A stretch of 64,000 bases of DNA from Phoronis australis. Lineage: Eukaryota > Animalia > Phoronida. The stretch spans positions 624,303 through 688,302 of the forward strand of contig NMRA01000048.1 of assembly GCA_002633005.1 (NCBI GenBank), written 5' to 3'. This document shows positions 1 to 13,288 of the stretch, piece by piece. A program made the translations under genes and the position numbers. Each line of letters opens with the position of its first letter. Position 1 is the first letter of the stretch. The notes under the pieces were generated by a model. It made no database searches. It worked only from the letters and a program-made list of their open reading frames with translations, and was not told the DNA's origin.

Positions 1-23
1 ATTTATTTTTTATTGACATATAT

Positions 24-317
24 CAGTGGCGGATTTAGGGGGGGGGGGTCTAAGGGGGCCTAAAATTCTACCAGATACCATTTGGCTGTTCGGTTACGAA
101 TTGCTGACTAGCATATGCGTGCATTCAGTGGAGCTCGGGGGGCAAATAAACAATGCATTGGCCTTGAACAAACCCCGTTTACCGGTTTTTTAGTAATAAG
201 GTCCGCAAACCCAATAACTCGAGACCCCTACATAGGCTCGGTGCACGCATGTGCCGAAATTCTGGTTATTCCTATGCCCTGCCCCCCTCCTACCTCAAAA
301 TCCTGGATCTGCCCCTA
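24..317. mobile_element. MITE-like element with imperfect TIRs
   Basis: CAGTGGCGGATTTAGGG at 24 and CCTGGATCTGCCCCT near 302-316 form imperfect inverted termini; no clear TSD. Confidence 0.45.
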
Positions 318-1005
318 TATGTTGCTTACAAACTTGATCATGTCAGTCAGTTTTTATATACCTATTAACCACTGTAGTGAGTCAGGGTTGTGGTCTTTGC
401 TGGGAGTTGTCGAGGACAAAGTCTGTCAGATTGTTGACTTCCGTGAAAGGTGTCCCATCGCTCACTGGATTATCTGTGAGATATCTGATGATTGGGTGGT
501 TACAAGTTTGATGACTGAGCGGGTGGACTACTCGAGATCATTAGCTCCCGTGGGGGGTTCCCAATACCCTTCAGAGGCGGGTAGGCGTGACAGTGGCATA
601 AGTCCCGGCGACTCCATGTCTCCTGTTTGACCCAGAAGGTACTTGGAAATGTGGGATGTAGGCACGACAGAGGCATAAGTCCCGGCGATTCCACGTTTCA
701 TGTTCTTCCCAGGGGGTACTCTGGAAATGGAGAAGGCAGTCGCAACAGAGGCGCAAGGAATGCAAGGGGATGTAAGGTGGATTCGCATGCTTCCCACAAT
801 TTTGTTTTTAAGGGTGTGCAAAATGCCTGAGAAGATTTCCATTGGAAATTCACTCTAATTTGCTAAGCATAATTTATGGTGTGGGGATAAATGTCTGGCA
901 GAGTTGAGTTTATGCTGTGAGGGTGATGCACTCCGCTTCCTCTGTAATTTTACACTCAAAGAAAGAACAATGATGCCACAGACACCAATGACTACCGGTA
1001 TGTAA

Positions 1006-1151
1006 CCGTGCAGTAGTGGTAAAATTAGAGGTAAGTAGGCACCCAAAGCCCACTCTATCACCTTGAACAATGAACGTAACGTACGGTGCGTAGGCACTTC
1101 GTTCAAATGCCAAATGGTGTTTGGCTGCGCCTACGCCCCACTACAGCACTG
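1006..1151. mobile_element. hAT-type MITE (copy 1)
   Basis: TIRs CCGTGCAGTAGTG/CACTACAGCACTG; 8-bp flanks GTATGTAA/CTATGTAA (1 mismatch); homologous to 13041-13196. Confidence 0.7.
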
Positions 1152-1910
1152 CTATGTAATTGCCATTATCATCATCGTCACTGTCTTCATCATCATCAGA
1201 TGTTGATCAAGAGAGCCTCCTTGTCAATTGACCTCTGAGGTCAATCAACAAGAAAGCAAATGATCAGTCAAGAAAAGAATGGTTGAACTCAAGAACTGTA
1301 AAGTCTGAGCGATAAACTATGGACAGTGCATTTCTTATAGCTCCAGGTGTGACCTGTCCACAAATCAAATTTCAGATTGAGCCATCTAAGGTGGTCAAAG
1401 ACCATGAGAGAAATTTAAGAAAACGGTCATCACATCATCATACTGGATCTGATTTTATAAAAATGACAGAACAGTGTGCATATTTCATGCAAATTATTTG
1501 AAAGTTCTAGACAATAACCATGTTCTTAAACCCTGAGAAAACTTCGAGACTGCCAATACCAGAGTCTGGTGATAGTGCCAGTGCAGATGAAGAAAAGCTT
1601 ATGCTCCTTAAATGTCAAAGAAGTCAGTTCGTAGCTCACATCTGTGACAAAATAAACTATGAGGATTTTCCCACTGAGGCAAATGTCTCAGTTTGGGATA
1701 TCTTTTACTTGACGAACATAAATCCTCACAGCATGCGGGGTGGGGGGTGAGCTAAGTGCTTAGTCTTACTTTTGATAGCTAATGAAACTTAATTGTTGTA
1801 TCACCTTACAATAAACCACTTCCACTCGCTCAGTGTACTACATTTACACTGGTTACTACAAAGTTTGTTTGAGCGCCAATGACTTTTTTGCTTCGCAGCG
1901 TACGGGTAAT

Positions 1911-4028
1911 TGACCTATCTCCAGGCTTATGACTGATGACTTAACTAACCAATCAGAATGCAGCATTCTCGACACACCTTCGTCAGCGTTTCCAAGCCGC
2001 CATTTTACCCAACAAACAATATCATTGTTGCAAAGCTTATTTTAGTCTATAACTCAAAAAATTGTGCGATAAAAATGGTGAAACGGTGTTGATATGGCGT
2101 GTGTAGTTCTGACTGCCGTTACACAGCTAGAAAAGAATATCCCGTCATTTTTGGGCATTTCCTAAGCCCAAAACTGTTGACTATGTAAACCATGGATCAA
2201 ACTGTGTGAACGGCCACACGAGCAGCTTAACTTGATAATTAATGTTTGCTGGATTACTCGAAGGTCAAACACAAATATTTGTTCCAAGATACGTACTTTT
2301 CAGTTTGGTGGCTATACTGTAAGCCTATCTGATTTTGACTTCGGAGTTTCACTCGTGTTGGGGCCTCTGTCTCGGCATCTGCTGGATCCCAGCACTAGTG
2401 TAGCACTAGTCCCCGGAAAGTTGATAGATTCAATTGGCATGCTGGGAGGGCACTAAATTATTGCACTCGAAGCTTCGTTCGATCTGTTGTCACAAAAAAA
2501 TAAACAGTTGAATTACTTTTCGATGAGAACTTCTAGTACACACTACGCCTGTATAGCAAAGGAGAGCTCATTTTGTAGTTGTTCAAACACGATACGTGGA
2601 TTTATGAAGCTTTAAAAACCATTTAGTTATTTTTGCAAATGACCACATTTTGCCACTCCACCGGACTCGTCATCTTTTGTTACCACACCACAGCTTAGTG
2701 ATCATGCTATGTTTAAAATTATATGCAAACCACCTTTATGCAATGAAACTACAAAAAAATATAAAGCCTAACTTAAATGTCTTCATGGTGCACTGAATTA
2801 TCGCCAATTCCATGCGTTAATTTGACTTTTGGACACAGCCCTAGACCTACCAGAGCTAACTGCTTGCATAGGATAAGTATGTGCCTGAGCTGCCGACCTG
2901 ATTTTTTTAATTAAAAAGTATAAACAATGCTATAGACTAGACCTACTTTGCTTAAGAATACAAGCAGTTGTGACCTACTTTTCATTTGGCGGAATTTAGC
3001 AGATGGCAGAATGAAAGTATCGGCGAATCTTCACTGATTTTCTTCGAAATATCCTGGCATCATATAGATAATTTGACTTCAAGGTAAATACCCAGCTTTA
3101 CATGAACATATCGGATCAGTGGCCTTGTCGGCTTTCAAGTGAAGCTGAACCCAGTGTGGNGTATAGCAAAGGAGAGCTCATTTTGTAGTTGTTCAAACAC
3201 GATACGTGGATTTATGAAGCTTTAAAAACCATTTTAGTTATTTTTGCAAATGACCACATTTTGCCACTCCACCGGACTCGTCATCTTTTGTTACCACACC
3301 ACAGCTTAGTGATCATGCTATGTTTAAAATTATATGCAAACCACCTTTATGCAATGAAACTACAAAAAAATATAAAGCCTTACTTAAATGTCTTCATGGT
3401 GCACTGAATTATCGCCAATTCCATGCGTTAATTTGACTTTTGGACACAGCCCTAGACCTACCAGAGCTAACTGCTTGCATAGGATAAGTATGTGCCTGAG
3501 CTGCCGACCTGATTTTTTTAATTAAAAAGTATAAACAATGCTATAGACTAGACCTAATTTGCTTAAGAATACAAGCAGTTGTGACCTACTTTTCATTTGG
3601 CGGAATTTAGCAGATGGCAGAATGAAAGTATCGGCGAATCTTCACTGATTTTCTTCGAAATATCCTGGCATCATATAGATAATTTGACTTCATGGTAAAT
3701 ACCCAGCTTTACATGAACATATCGGATCAGTGGCCTTGTCGGCTTTCAAGTGAAGCTGAACCCAGTGTGGAGTTCTTTGGATTTTCGCGGGCTCTAAAAT
3801 ACTTTTCTTCGAACACTTCTTTTCATCGTCCTAAGTCATGAACATTATGTTTCTCGGCTGAAAAGTACCGCCTGTTGTCTTTCTCAAAGCCTTTTCGGAT
3901 AGTGCTTAAAACACCCATCAATTCCAACAGGAACGTCGTTTAGTGACTGTGTATTTGCCTCTGACATCTTTCTTGTTTGTCGGGTGTCACGTGACTTTTC
4001 GCAAGGAGGTGGATCTTGCGATAGGTCA
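1911..4028. mobile_element. ISL2EU/IS4EU-like DNA transposon deletion derivative
   Basis: TIRs TGACCTATC...GATAGGTCA flanked by AT on both sides; decayed THAP-like start on + (~2075 MVKRC*YGVCSSDCRY...FPKPK...WIKLCERPH...ICSK); SWIM-like CSCKAG fragment on - near 3700-3770. Confidence 0.6.
2551..3770. repeat. Near-identical ~609-bp direct duplication around a single N (probable assembly overlap)
   Basis: 2551-3159 repeated at 3161-3770 with only a few differences; N at 3160. Confidence 0.85.
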
Positions 4029-4319
4029 ATTTGCATGAAGCAGTGATTTGAGCTTTGTAGATGATTCGAGGCAGACTGCTGAGCTCTTAGTCTGCTTGTG
4101 GAGATGCACTGAGGCTTGCTGTTAGTGTATGGTTTTGATAATGCTTAAAGACGAAAATTTAATGTAACAATTTTCTTTATAGCTTATTACAAAAAAGATA
4201 TAGAGTCGTTTGAATGTGGTTTTATTTTTTAATTTTAATTCTTCCAAATGGTTATCGAATTCTTTTAAAATTGTATGATAGCGATGTTAACTAATCTGCC
4301 ATTTGCATTGTTCCATTAG

Positions 4320-4397
4320 ATTGATAATGGACAATTAAAGAAAGCTGGCTGCAAGTGGCTGTACATGTCTCATGAAGAAGCAGATCCAAATACAGTG
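4320..4397 (+). CDS. TYW3: TYW3 tRNA wybutosine-synthesizing methyltransferase, internal exon
   Basis: AG/GT bounded, 78 nt, IDNGQLKKAGCKWLYMSHEEADPNTV matches the K..C.WL..H motif of TYW3. Confidence 0.85.
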
Positions 4398-4482
4398 GTA
4401 AGTGAACATTTGAAAGGGCATTTTGTGTTCCACTTACAACTATCTGTGGACGTTAGTAAAGGAATCTTACAGTAAGGATGGA

Positions 4483-4920
4483 TTTTTATGTGTCCACTTC
4501 TATGTTGCCAAAACCCATTGATTTGTGTTTATAAAATTTTGCAGATATGTTCCTATTATGGATGGGACAGTATAAGCCAATTTTCAGACTGCGGTCTGAC
4601 TACCGATGTGCCCCCTAGTGGCAGTTTTATTTGTTTACGTTTAACTCTATCTTTGAAGTATCCTTTGAAACCCTTGTAAGATATTTGTGAAATTTGGCAA
4701 GTGTTTTTCTATGAATGTGATAACAGATGGCGTTGACTTTTAGATCTTAATTAGTGCCGTGCCACCTACTGGCAATTTTAGTTTTTTTCATTTACCTCTA
4801 TATCTTCAGACTTCCTTGACAAATAGGTGGTTAATCTATTAAAGGGGTGGCACCTTTTTCATGTGGATTAGACATATTTTGCACTACGTGGCAGCCGTTA
4901 TTGTTTTCAATTTTTGGCAT
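4483..4920 (+). mobile_element. Degenerate Helentron/HINE-like repeat copy
   Basis: Shares TTTTTATG start and GTGCCCCCTAGTGGCA repeat units with 5785-7275. Confidence 0.55.
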
Positions 4921-5784
4921 CAACTTTTCTATCATCATGTGTAAAATGTTTTAGTCTATATTTATACCTACTTCTACCGACTGAAGCATCATCAATTTCA
5001 TACAGGGGGTACCACTTGCTCATTTCTATAATGTCTTCCTGATAGCCCACTTACAAACTGTGTACCTGAGTTCAGGGCCCTCCTGTATCCACGGGAACTG
5101 ACATTTTGTGCTTATTCAAATTGTTACTTCTGTGAGTTACAGCTAAATGATTTGAACCTCGAGGGGAATTTTTCAATCACTTGGGGAATTTTTGGGCTCG
5201 TGAGGGAATTTGTGTGATTTTTCATATAGTTTTTAGATGGAATTGGGCTGTCTTGGATTACACTCTCAAATCTTGCTGTATAATATCTTGATCTATTAAC
5301 ACCTACCTCTACCAATTTCAGTGTTCTCCATATTTGAAAATCTAAACAGGTTGCATGCGTACAAACTGCAACAAACATGCCGCAACCGCATGGCGGTCAA
5401 CAATTTCTCCGTAGGCTAGTTATTTTTACCCGAGCACTTCAACAGTAATGCACAGTACTGCAAACTAATAACTGTGTTTTTTTCAACTTTTTTATTTTTA
5501 AAAGGTGGACTTTTTACAAACATATTCAATGACTTTGAAATGGAAGTCTACACAGACATGTTTGAAACAGTATCAGGAAACATTTTACTCAATACTTGTG
5601 ATGTCAATGTCAACTAAATCCAAAAAGTCTAAGATAGAGTAAACTTTTCCCACGATGTAGACAGTCCAAGTGAAGTGTCTTTGTAAAGCCAGTCGCAATT
5701 TTATGTCTTGACAGCCGAGTCTACGTTTTCTCTCTGTTGAATGTCTTGCACACCATTCTTATAGTCAATACCCCAGCCCGCATT

Positions 5785-7275
5785 TTTATGCGCCCTCTTA
5801 TTTATATGTGGACGCATTATGCCGTCATTTCTGTCCGTGCGTCCGTCCGGCGTCCGTCCATCTGGTGTCCGTCCGACGTCCAAAGCCCGTTGACGTACGT
5901 TCATGGAATTTTGCACATATGTTCCTTTCATGAATGGGACGGCATGAGCGAACTTTCGGATGGTTCCTATAACCGGTGTGCCCCCCAATGGCAATTTTAA
6001 TTTTTTTACGCTTACCTCTATATATCTTCAAAGGTCCTCAACGTATTTTCATAAAATTTAACATGAGGCATCTATTGGGGAGATGATGCTAGCGTCCTGT
6101 TTTCAGATGGATTCGACGTAGTGTCCATCACCTAGTGGCCATTATTGACGGATCTGATTACTGATGTGCCCCCTAGTGGCAATTTTAGTTTTTTACGTTT
6201 AGCTCTGTATCTTCAAAGGTTTTCAACATATTTTCATAAAATTTGGCATATACGTATCTATTAGTGAGAAGACGCTATCCTCCAGTCTTTGGATGGATTT
6301 AGTGTAGTTTGCACCACCCAGCGCCTAGTGGCCATTTTTACTGTTTTTTAGTCTTGTTTATTTTGGCGTCCACCCCTCTATCAACCAAACCGCTCTAAGG
6401 ATGATTGTGAAAATTGGCATGTATGTTTTTACTATGAAGCTGATGATTTTCTGATGACTTCGAGTACTTTGGCACCTCCTAGGGGCAGTTTTTTTTGCGC
6501 CCATGGCTGTATCTCATATACCGTTTGCAGGGTCTTTGCTAAATTTAGCCAGTGTATTTTATATGATGTTGACAACAGATGTCAACAAGTTTCCGATGGA
6601 TCTGACGACCAGTGTGCCCCTAGTGGCAATTTTAGCTTTTTAGGTTTACACCTTTTTTCAAAGGGTCTCAATGGATTTTCAGAAAATTTGGAATATAGAC
6701 ATCTATTGGTGAGATGATGCTATCCCCTCGTTTTTGGATCTAGTCGAGGCACTTTGCACCACCTAGAGGGCATTTTTCCCGTTTTTGATCAACCAACCTA
6801 TTCTAAGGATGATTTTGAAAATTGGCGTGTATGTTTTCAGTGTGAAGAGGACACTTGACGATAACAAATTCGACTACTGTGGCACCTCCTAGTGGTAGTT
6901 TTGTTTTGTTTTGCGCACATAGCTGCCTTTCCTAAACACACTGCAGGATCTTTATTAAATGTAGTAATTGTATTTATATGAAGCTAACAACAGACAACTA
7001 CATCTTTCAGGCAAATCCAGTGAACGCTGTGCCCCATAGTGCTAGTTTCATTTTTTTACATTTTCCTTTGTTTCTCTGAAGTTCCTTGACAGATTTTTAT
7101 GAAATTTAGTAAATAGCTTTCTATTAATGAAGCGATGGCACATTTCCGTTTTCAGAAAGATTGGACATTTTTCCACTATCTAGTGGCTATTTTTATGAAA
7201 TAAATGAACAATCCTAGAAGCACACCATTTGCGGTGCATTTGTGGGCGCATTTCAACGCTCGGCGTTGCTCTTGT
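5785..7275 (+). mobile_element. Helentron-associated non-autonomous element (HINE/DINE-1-like) with internal tandem repeats
   Basis: 5' TTTATGCGCCC, GTCC microsatellite, repeated CCCCTAGTGGCAATTTT units, 3' GGGCGCAT subterminal IR plus hairpin CAACGCTCGGCGTTG then CTCTTGTT; T-rich flanks. Confidence 0.75.
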
Positions 7276-7374
7276 TTGTCTGAATTCGATGTTGTGAAGT
7301 TGGTAAACTATTAACTTCTGCACTACCAGAATTTTTGTAAAAACTGCGCAATATCCCTTCATCATGAATACAAA

Positions 7375-7750
7375 TTAGCACATGCACAAGTACCTCTTTA
7401 TCAAGAACGTTACTCTGCAAAACCCAAACTGGAAGAATCTAAAAACTTGCACTGATGTTCTTAGAGCCATTAAGATGGACAATATCACAAACAGCAATGC
7501 CATTGACTGTTTGACGTCACCATTAAGGGATGCTGGGTGAGATTTTTGACAAATCTTACAAGTCAGTCGGGCTCTACATTGTTTTGAGCGGTGGCTCTTG
7601 CGCAAACATCGGAAGAAAAGTTGGATGTCTTTTACATATGCCTTACCATTTTCTAGCGTCTCAGCCTGAAACTTGGGGTGCTCGTTCAAAATGTGAGTTT
7701 GATCACAGAAAAGGCATTTCGCTTTAGGGTGTCTTCATAGTGGCTTATGT
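7375..7750 (-). pseudogene. BEL/Pao retrotransposon gag relic
   Basis: FFRCLRKSHRSKQCRARLTCKICQKSHPASL resembles Pao Gag tandem zinc knuckles; no LTRs found. Confidence 0.55.
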
Positions 7751-8259
7751 TGAAGAGACTTTAAGTTCCCCTGTAGCTGCATGCGAGTCAAACAACAAGG
7801 TGCACGGGACTTTGGAGCTTTATTTCGCGTTGCATTACAGTTGAGATGTGTGTCTGTCCCTTTGTCTGTGGAACTGGAAGACACAGAATATTCAGTAATA
7901 GTTCACGGACGCATAATTCGCAAAGTGGAACGCATTAAAGGCAAATTGCAAGCAATACGGCAAATGACAGTAACTGTTGCCTTAATGATGTCTCGAGACT
8001 CGCGCAGTGATTAGAACACATCTGACCAGTGTGACAATATTCTGAAGAGTGCCTCATGCCGTATAATCTGGGCTTAGTCTCAGTGACCTGAGCGCACTCT
8101 GTCATTCATAAACAACTTAGTATTCATAGAACAATGTGCAGTAGGCAGAGCTAACTTCATTCACAGTCCTCAATACAAGTCAGGATTTACATCTTGATAA
8201 AGTTGCAAATAAGACCCAGGACACATGTGTATGCTTAATTTTTCATAATTTTATTCCAG

Positions 8260-8358
8260 ATTGATAGCTTGAAAGATTTAGTGGGTACTGCAGTTCTGAA
8301 ATTTGAACCATTTGTCCTGCATGTGCAGTGCAGAACATTGTCTGATGCTCAATTAATG
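8260..8358 (+). CDS. TYW3: TYW3 internal exon
   Basis: AG/GT bounded, 99 nt, [33 protein letters not shown] ([13 protein letters not shown] signature). Confidence 0.95.
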
Positions 8359-10171
8359 GTAGGTACAAACATTTTATTTAATATGTTCTAACAAATGACT
8401 GAAATGCTTATATTTGCCATTACGGTAATACTGTTTTCCTGCTGACCAACCCGAAAAGCAACCATATTAAAGTGCTAGTGTTCCCACTCAACCAGATTAA
8501 CACCCATTGCGGTAAATATTCTTGAGGTGAAACAGATTAAGACCACAGTTGGCGTATGTGTCCACCATTTGAAATGAGACCATGATGACATTAAAGCCAA
8601 AATGGAGTCAAATGAGACAATCATTCAAGCTGTATTGCCCTCAGACTTATCAGGAGTGTAGTTTTGACTGGAGACCAATTTAAACTTCTGACTTTCTGTA
8701 AGCTTATAAAATGTCGTGCAATGCTAAAATGATCTTATGACTCAGCATAAACTCTCATCTTTAGTCGAGTGAATTAAGCCTTTCGACAGACTTACACCGC
8801 TGAATTAAATTTTACATCAGTTGCTAATCTCATACTATGATGGGGAGTAAATTAAATTCTGCATTAAATTTAGTAAATTAATATTCTCACTGAAGTTAAG
8901 CTGCTTGTGGTCAGTTCCAAATGTTAGGCCAGGGGGAGTAAAGGTTGAAAACTATTCAAACAAAATTACTGTGTTAGGTAATGACCAGTCATGACCCATC
9001 ATTCTAACTACTGTGGTTGTTAACTCCCATTCACTCAACTGTCATAACTGGGAATTACACTTGCACTCAACTTCCATGGCAGGGAATTATGTGGTTTCTT
9101 TATGAATATTTTTGACATGTACTGTATATCAAAGCATTTCAATTGCATAAGTAAAACATTTTGCTAATATTCAGTAAAAGGCATCAAATTGTCAGTACCT
9201 GAAGGTTTCTGGTAACATCATTCTCATTCTTTAATACTTGACCTTCAAACATTCATTTCTCTCATTAACATGACAAAGCCACTTGAGAAGATTTGGACAA
9301 ATTTGGCACGGTATAAAAATATTTTATTCTCAAAAAGTTCTTGTTCAGAGTTGTGAATTCCTTGGATGTAGGGCTATCCCAGGCAAAGATTTATAGTTTT
9401 TCACTAAATGTAAATGGGATGGAGGCTGTTTGGTCTCATTTAAGCGAGGAAATCTTGCCCGTTTAATGGGGAAAGTATTCCCTCTGGAATGTGAAAAATT
9501 TTGAATGTCATTCAAGTGTGCACCAAATGTTTCGAACCTTTGTACACCTTGCTAGAATGTTCGTCTTGATTGTGAGCACTATTATAATTGTGTCATATTG
9601 GTATTAAGTGACAGTTTTGGTGATCCCTTCATTTTCATGTTAATTAAGAAGTACTATCTAATCATTTTAATTGTAGAAACAAAATTTCTATCACGGCAAG
9701 AGAAATTTTGAGTCTTGGATTTTCAGGGTTCATTTAGGTTGTCCGTATGAAAAAGTCACCTTTTGAAATTTCCAGTTATGTGTGTAATGCAAGTATCTAA
9801 GAGCACATTTGAATGCAAAACCCAGTTGTTGTATAAAACCTATGTATGGTGCATATAGTAATAGAAATGTGATGTGACACCTTCTCTCTTTTGCCCGACT
9901 TGCGCAATCACTCTTCATGAAGATGTCATTGTTGAATCATTATGTCCAGATCTAATGTTCATTCAATTTCTTGACAAAAATGTTTTTAACTTGATGTGCC
10001 TTGCCCAAATTCGTCACAACAAAGTCCAGACTCGTTACCATGAAGAGTCAAAAGAGGTCACTGTTGTAATGTGTTGTCTGTACTACTTATATTCACAAAT
10101 TTTAGGTAAAAATAAAAACATACCTTTTCAGAAGTTTGTTAATTTAAAGGCTGCATTTACATTGTTTTCAG

Positions 10172-10243
10172 CTGGCTGATGCTGTTGCTTCAGGTTTCAG
10201 AAATTCAGGGATATCCATTGGAAAGAAGGAGAAAATAATTCTG
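10172..10243 (+). CDS. TYW3: TYW3 internal exon
   Basis: AG/GT bounded, 72 nt, LADAVASGFRNSGISIGKKEKIIL (SGFRNSG motif). Confidence 0.95.
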
Positions 10244-11002
10244 GTATGCATTTTATCTAGACAAGTGTTTAATTTATTTGCTTTTGCAAGTTGCAACAGA
10301 GTTTGAGTGAGTGAGGATTTGGATATTTTCAATAGGTTGGTCGTTAAGCCGAACATGCAGAATTTCCAATGAAACGCTTCAGGTCAACATTAGGGTTGTG
10401 TTAAGAGATTACAGCTGTTATGGCACATCATTTTCAACGGGAATTAAGCGGAAAATATCTACAGGTGTCGTGACTTCAGCTTGAAATGCAAGATCACTGA
10501 CATTTTTTGGAAATATGAATGTAACAAGTATCTGTGAAAACATACTATTAGAAGTTTTATTCATGGTTTTACAATCAGCAAAAGCCAAGATACAATACAG
10601 TCACAATATTCTGTGTCAATGACAGCCACATAGATGACAGTATGTGGTTGCTATCTATTAATGCCTAACTTCAGGAAAACACCGGAGAGGGAGATATTAT
10701 TGCAATTGAACTTGTTTTAAAAACGTGATTTAAGAAGAAACTGTTCAAGTTGTCAACAATCTAGTATTGACTTCATGCCTTGGTCACAGTGATTTTAGTT
10801 GCGATTATAAAGCAACCCACATCTCTTTATTACCTCAAAATGCTTCAGTGCTCTTACAATGCAGAACAGATCCCTACGAATGAGACTATATAAGTTCAAG
10901 CATTTGTACTGATGGAAAGTGGTCAGAGTCCTTAACAATGTGATTGTCTAAACTTAAAATTTGGTGTTGCGGTCAATATTGGATTACCGTCAATGTCAAG
11001 TG

Positions 11003-11090
11003 TTTTATGTCTTGTGTCCATTCTTGGTTCATTTATGTCTTGTCTCCATTCTTGGTACATTTATGTCTTGTGCCCATTCTTGGTACATTT
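11003..11090. repeat. Short tandem repeat, 3 copies
   Basis: TTATGTCTTGTGTCCATTCTTGGT.CAT repeated three times. Confidence 0.8.
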
Positions 11091-11915
11091 TTCAATCAGG
11101 TAAAGCTGCATTTTGCCCCGTTTACCTAAGAAATGAAAATCAAATTCAGCCTTTCACTCTCATAAAATCAATCTCATCATATTCGTGATAGAGTTCCATA
11201 ACCAATGCAAGTCACGGCCAATTTTCATGCTCACAAACTTAGGGTTAGCCAGCGAATTCAAACCTGGTACATATTGCCTGTAACTTGAGTTTGAAATGGA
11301 AATAGAATTCTACTGCTACAGTAAGGAGAATTATGAGACTTATTTGATGTGGGTTTTTAGGTGCCTTAAACTGGCCAAGATGCCACTTTAGAGGCGCAAG
11401 ATTAGCCTGTGCCATTGAGTAGACTATTTACAGTTATAAAATTGTTCCCACCTGAATACTTACTGAGACTGGAGTTATTTAGCCTTGAATCGTAAGAACT
11501 GGCAGTTTGCTGCAGTTTAGGTTCATCTAGTTGTTTGTCACGGCAGGTTAATTTCAACTGCCAAAGAAGGAGGGAAATACCAATTTTTTTCAAAGCAACC
11601 AATTTCAATTCGGACACTTGATAAGATATTCCTTTGAAGATGAATGCATATGTGGAGATATTTGTTTTTGACATTAAAATGTAGATGATAGCATCTTTAA
11701 TATTTGAATTAATGCATGGCAATATCTGCCATTGTGGAATGGACTAGTCAAGCTTCACTCACTCGCTATTTTGAATACTTGAAATTTTTTTTATCTCCAG
11801 TGTTTAGCATTTTGACGCCAGCGCACAAATCCCAATGTAGATCCAGCATCCGTATAGGCACATTGGAAATGAACAAAAAACACAGTTTTAACATTTTCAG
11901 TATCATTTGTTTCAG

Positions 11916-11984
11916 GCAGTAAGGAGCACACATGGTCTTGAAGTTCCCCTTTCTTCAGCTGGGACATTACTTGTGACCAAGCAG
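11916..11984 (+). CDS. TYW3: TYW3 internal exon
   Basis: AG/GT bounded, 69 nt, AVRSTHGLEVPLSSAGTLLVTKQ. Confidence 0.95.
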
Positions 11985-13040
11985 GTTTGTTCATGTGTGC
12001 TACTGAATAAACTTTCTTTTCATGCTGCAGAAAGCATAACCACTTACATCATTGTGAGCTGTAAGTTATGTTATTTTATGAACCTCATCATGATGGTGCA
12101 TATTGCTGTTATCTTAGGCTGATCTTAAATATGTTGGTGACTGACTGATGACCATGCAGAAAAACAGATGACTGGTCTCCTAAAAATAACTGATTTTTAT
12201 CAAGCCAGCAGTACATTGCACATACGAATCCAGTGCTGAATTCAGTGCAAATCTTGAAAAAAACACTAGGGCCTGGGCAAAATCTTTACTCAAAATCGAA
12301 CTCCAAATTATTTTTGCCATTTTCTATGCTACTTTTTTCGAACTCAAGATAAGTGCTTGAGCACTTAATGGCTTATGTGGATAACTGTTTAAACCTAGTT
12401 TGCACTTGATGACCTCAACCTTAAGGCTAAAGTTTTAACTCAACATTGTAGCTCAAAACTAGAGTTAGGGAGGACAATCAAAAAGTAGGTCACGGTGCTC
12501 CATATCTGCCTCCATGTAAAACCCGCATCGGTAAATTACCCGATTTCAGACTTCAAAGTTAACTATAAGACAATTTTGTGTTATAAATCATCACCTTGGT
12601 CTTTATTTGTAAGTTTGTAATCTTTTTGTCACGAATTATTGCTGATAAATATTTTTTGGAAGCTTTTTTAGCGCACGATTTTCCGCCATGCGATCAACTT
12701 TCAGAAACGTGCGTCTTGTTCCTCCAATCCAAAAGAGCACTATACTCTCAATTACAAACATGGAATTTGGTCTACACAGTTTTTTTAGTAAAAAAGTTCA
12801 CTACAGAGGGCTGTTTTGTAAACTTAGATGTAAAAACATTGGTCTAGGCATTTTTTTAAAAAAAAACTGTGGGGTGGGAAGTTACGCGTTGGAATCATGG
12901 ACGCCCTGGAATATTGGGAACTCCATTTTGGACACCCTATTTTCGAAATCCTGGATAAAGGTCTGTATCCGTCAAACCGCTGAGAGGATCAATGCCACTT
13001 TGTTGTTATTTTCAAGTCTGTTTTTGTCATCCCTCTCTAT

Positions 13041-13196
13041 CAGTGCTGTAGTGTTAAAATTAGAGGAAAGAAGGCGCCCAAAGCCCACTGCATCACCTCG
13101 AGCACTGAAAGTATCTTATGGTGCGTAGGCGCTATGTTCAAATGCCAAAAAGTCGTTGGCTGCTCTTACGTGTGCCTACGCCCCACTACAGTACTG
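13041..13196. mobile_element. hAT-type MITE (copy 2)
   Basis: TIRs CAGTGCTGTAGTG/CACTACAGTACTG; 8-bp TSD CTCTCTAT/CTCCCTAT. Confidence 0.75.
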
Positions 13197-13288
13197 CTCC
13201 CTATCTTCCAAATTATGTAAACTGGTCAGAAGAGAATTATGAAAATCTGCATATGTGATCCTACTGATGAGAGAATGATTGACATTGA

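Noticed and set aside
115-630. 171-aa ORF as TYW3 first exon or a novel gene
   Set aside because: It starts inside a MITE-like element and lacks the TYW3 N-terminal motifs (DLS.KG, TTSSC.GR).
2551-3770. Apparent 609-bp tandem duplication
   Set aside because: The copies abut a single N and differ by a few bases, typical of an unmerged allelic contig overlap.
5701-6717. Several 65-100 aa ORFs
   Set aside because: Chance ORFs within HINE-like repeats; the same applies to 13239-14874 and 61063-61816.
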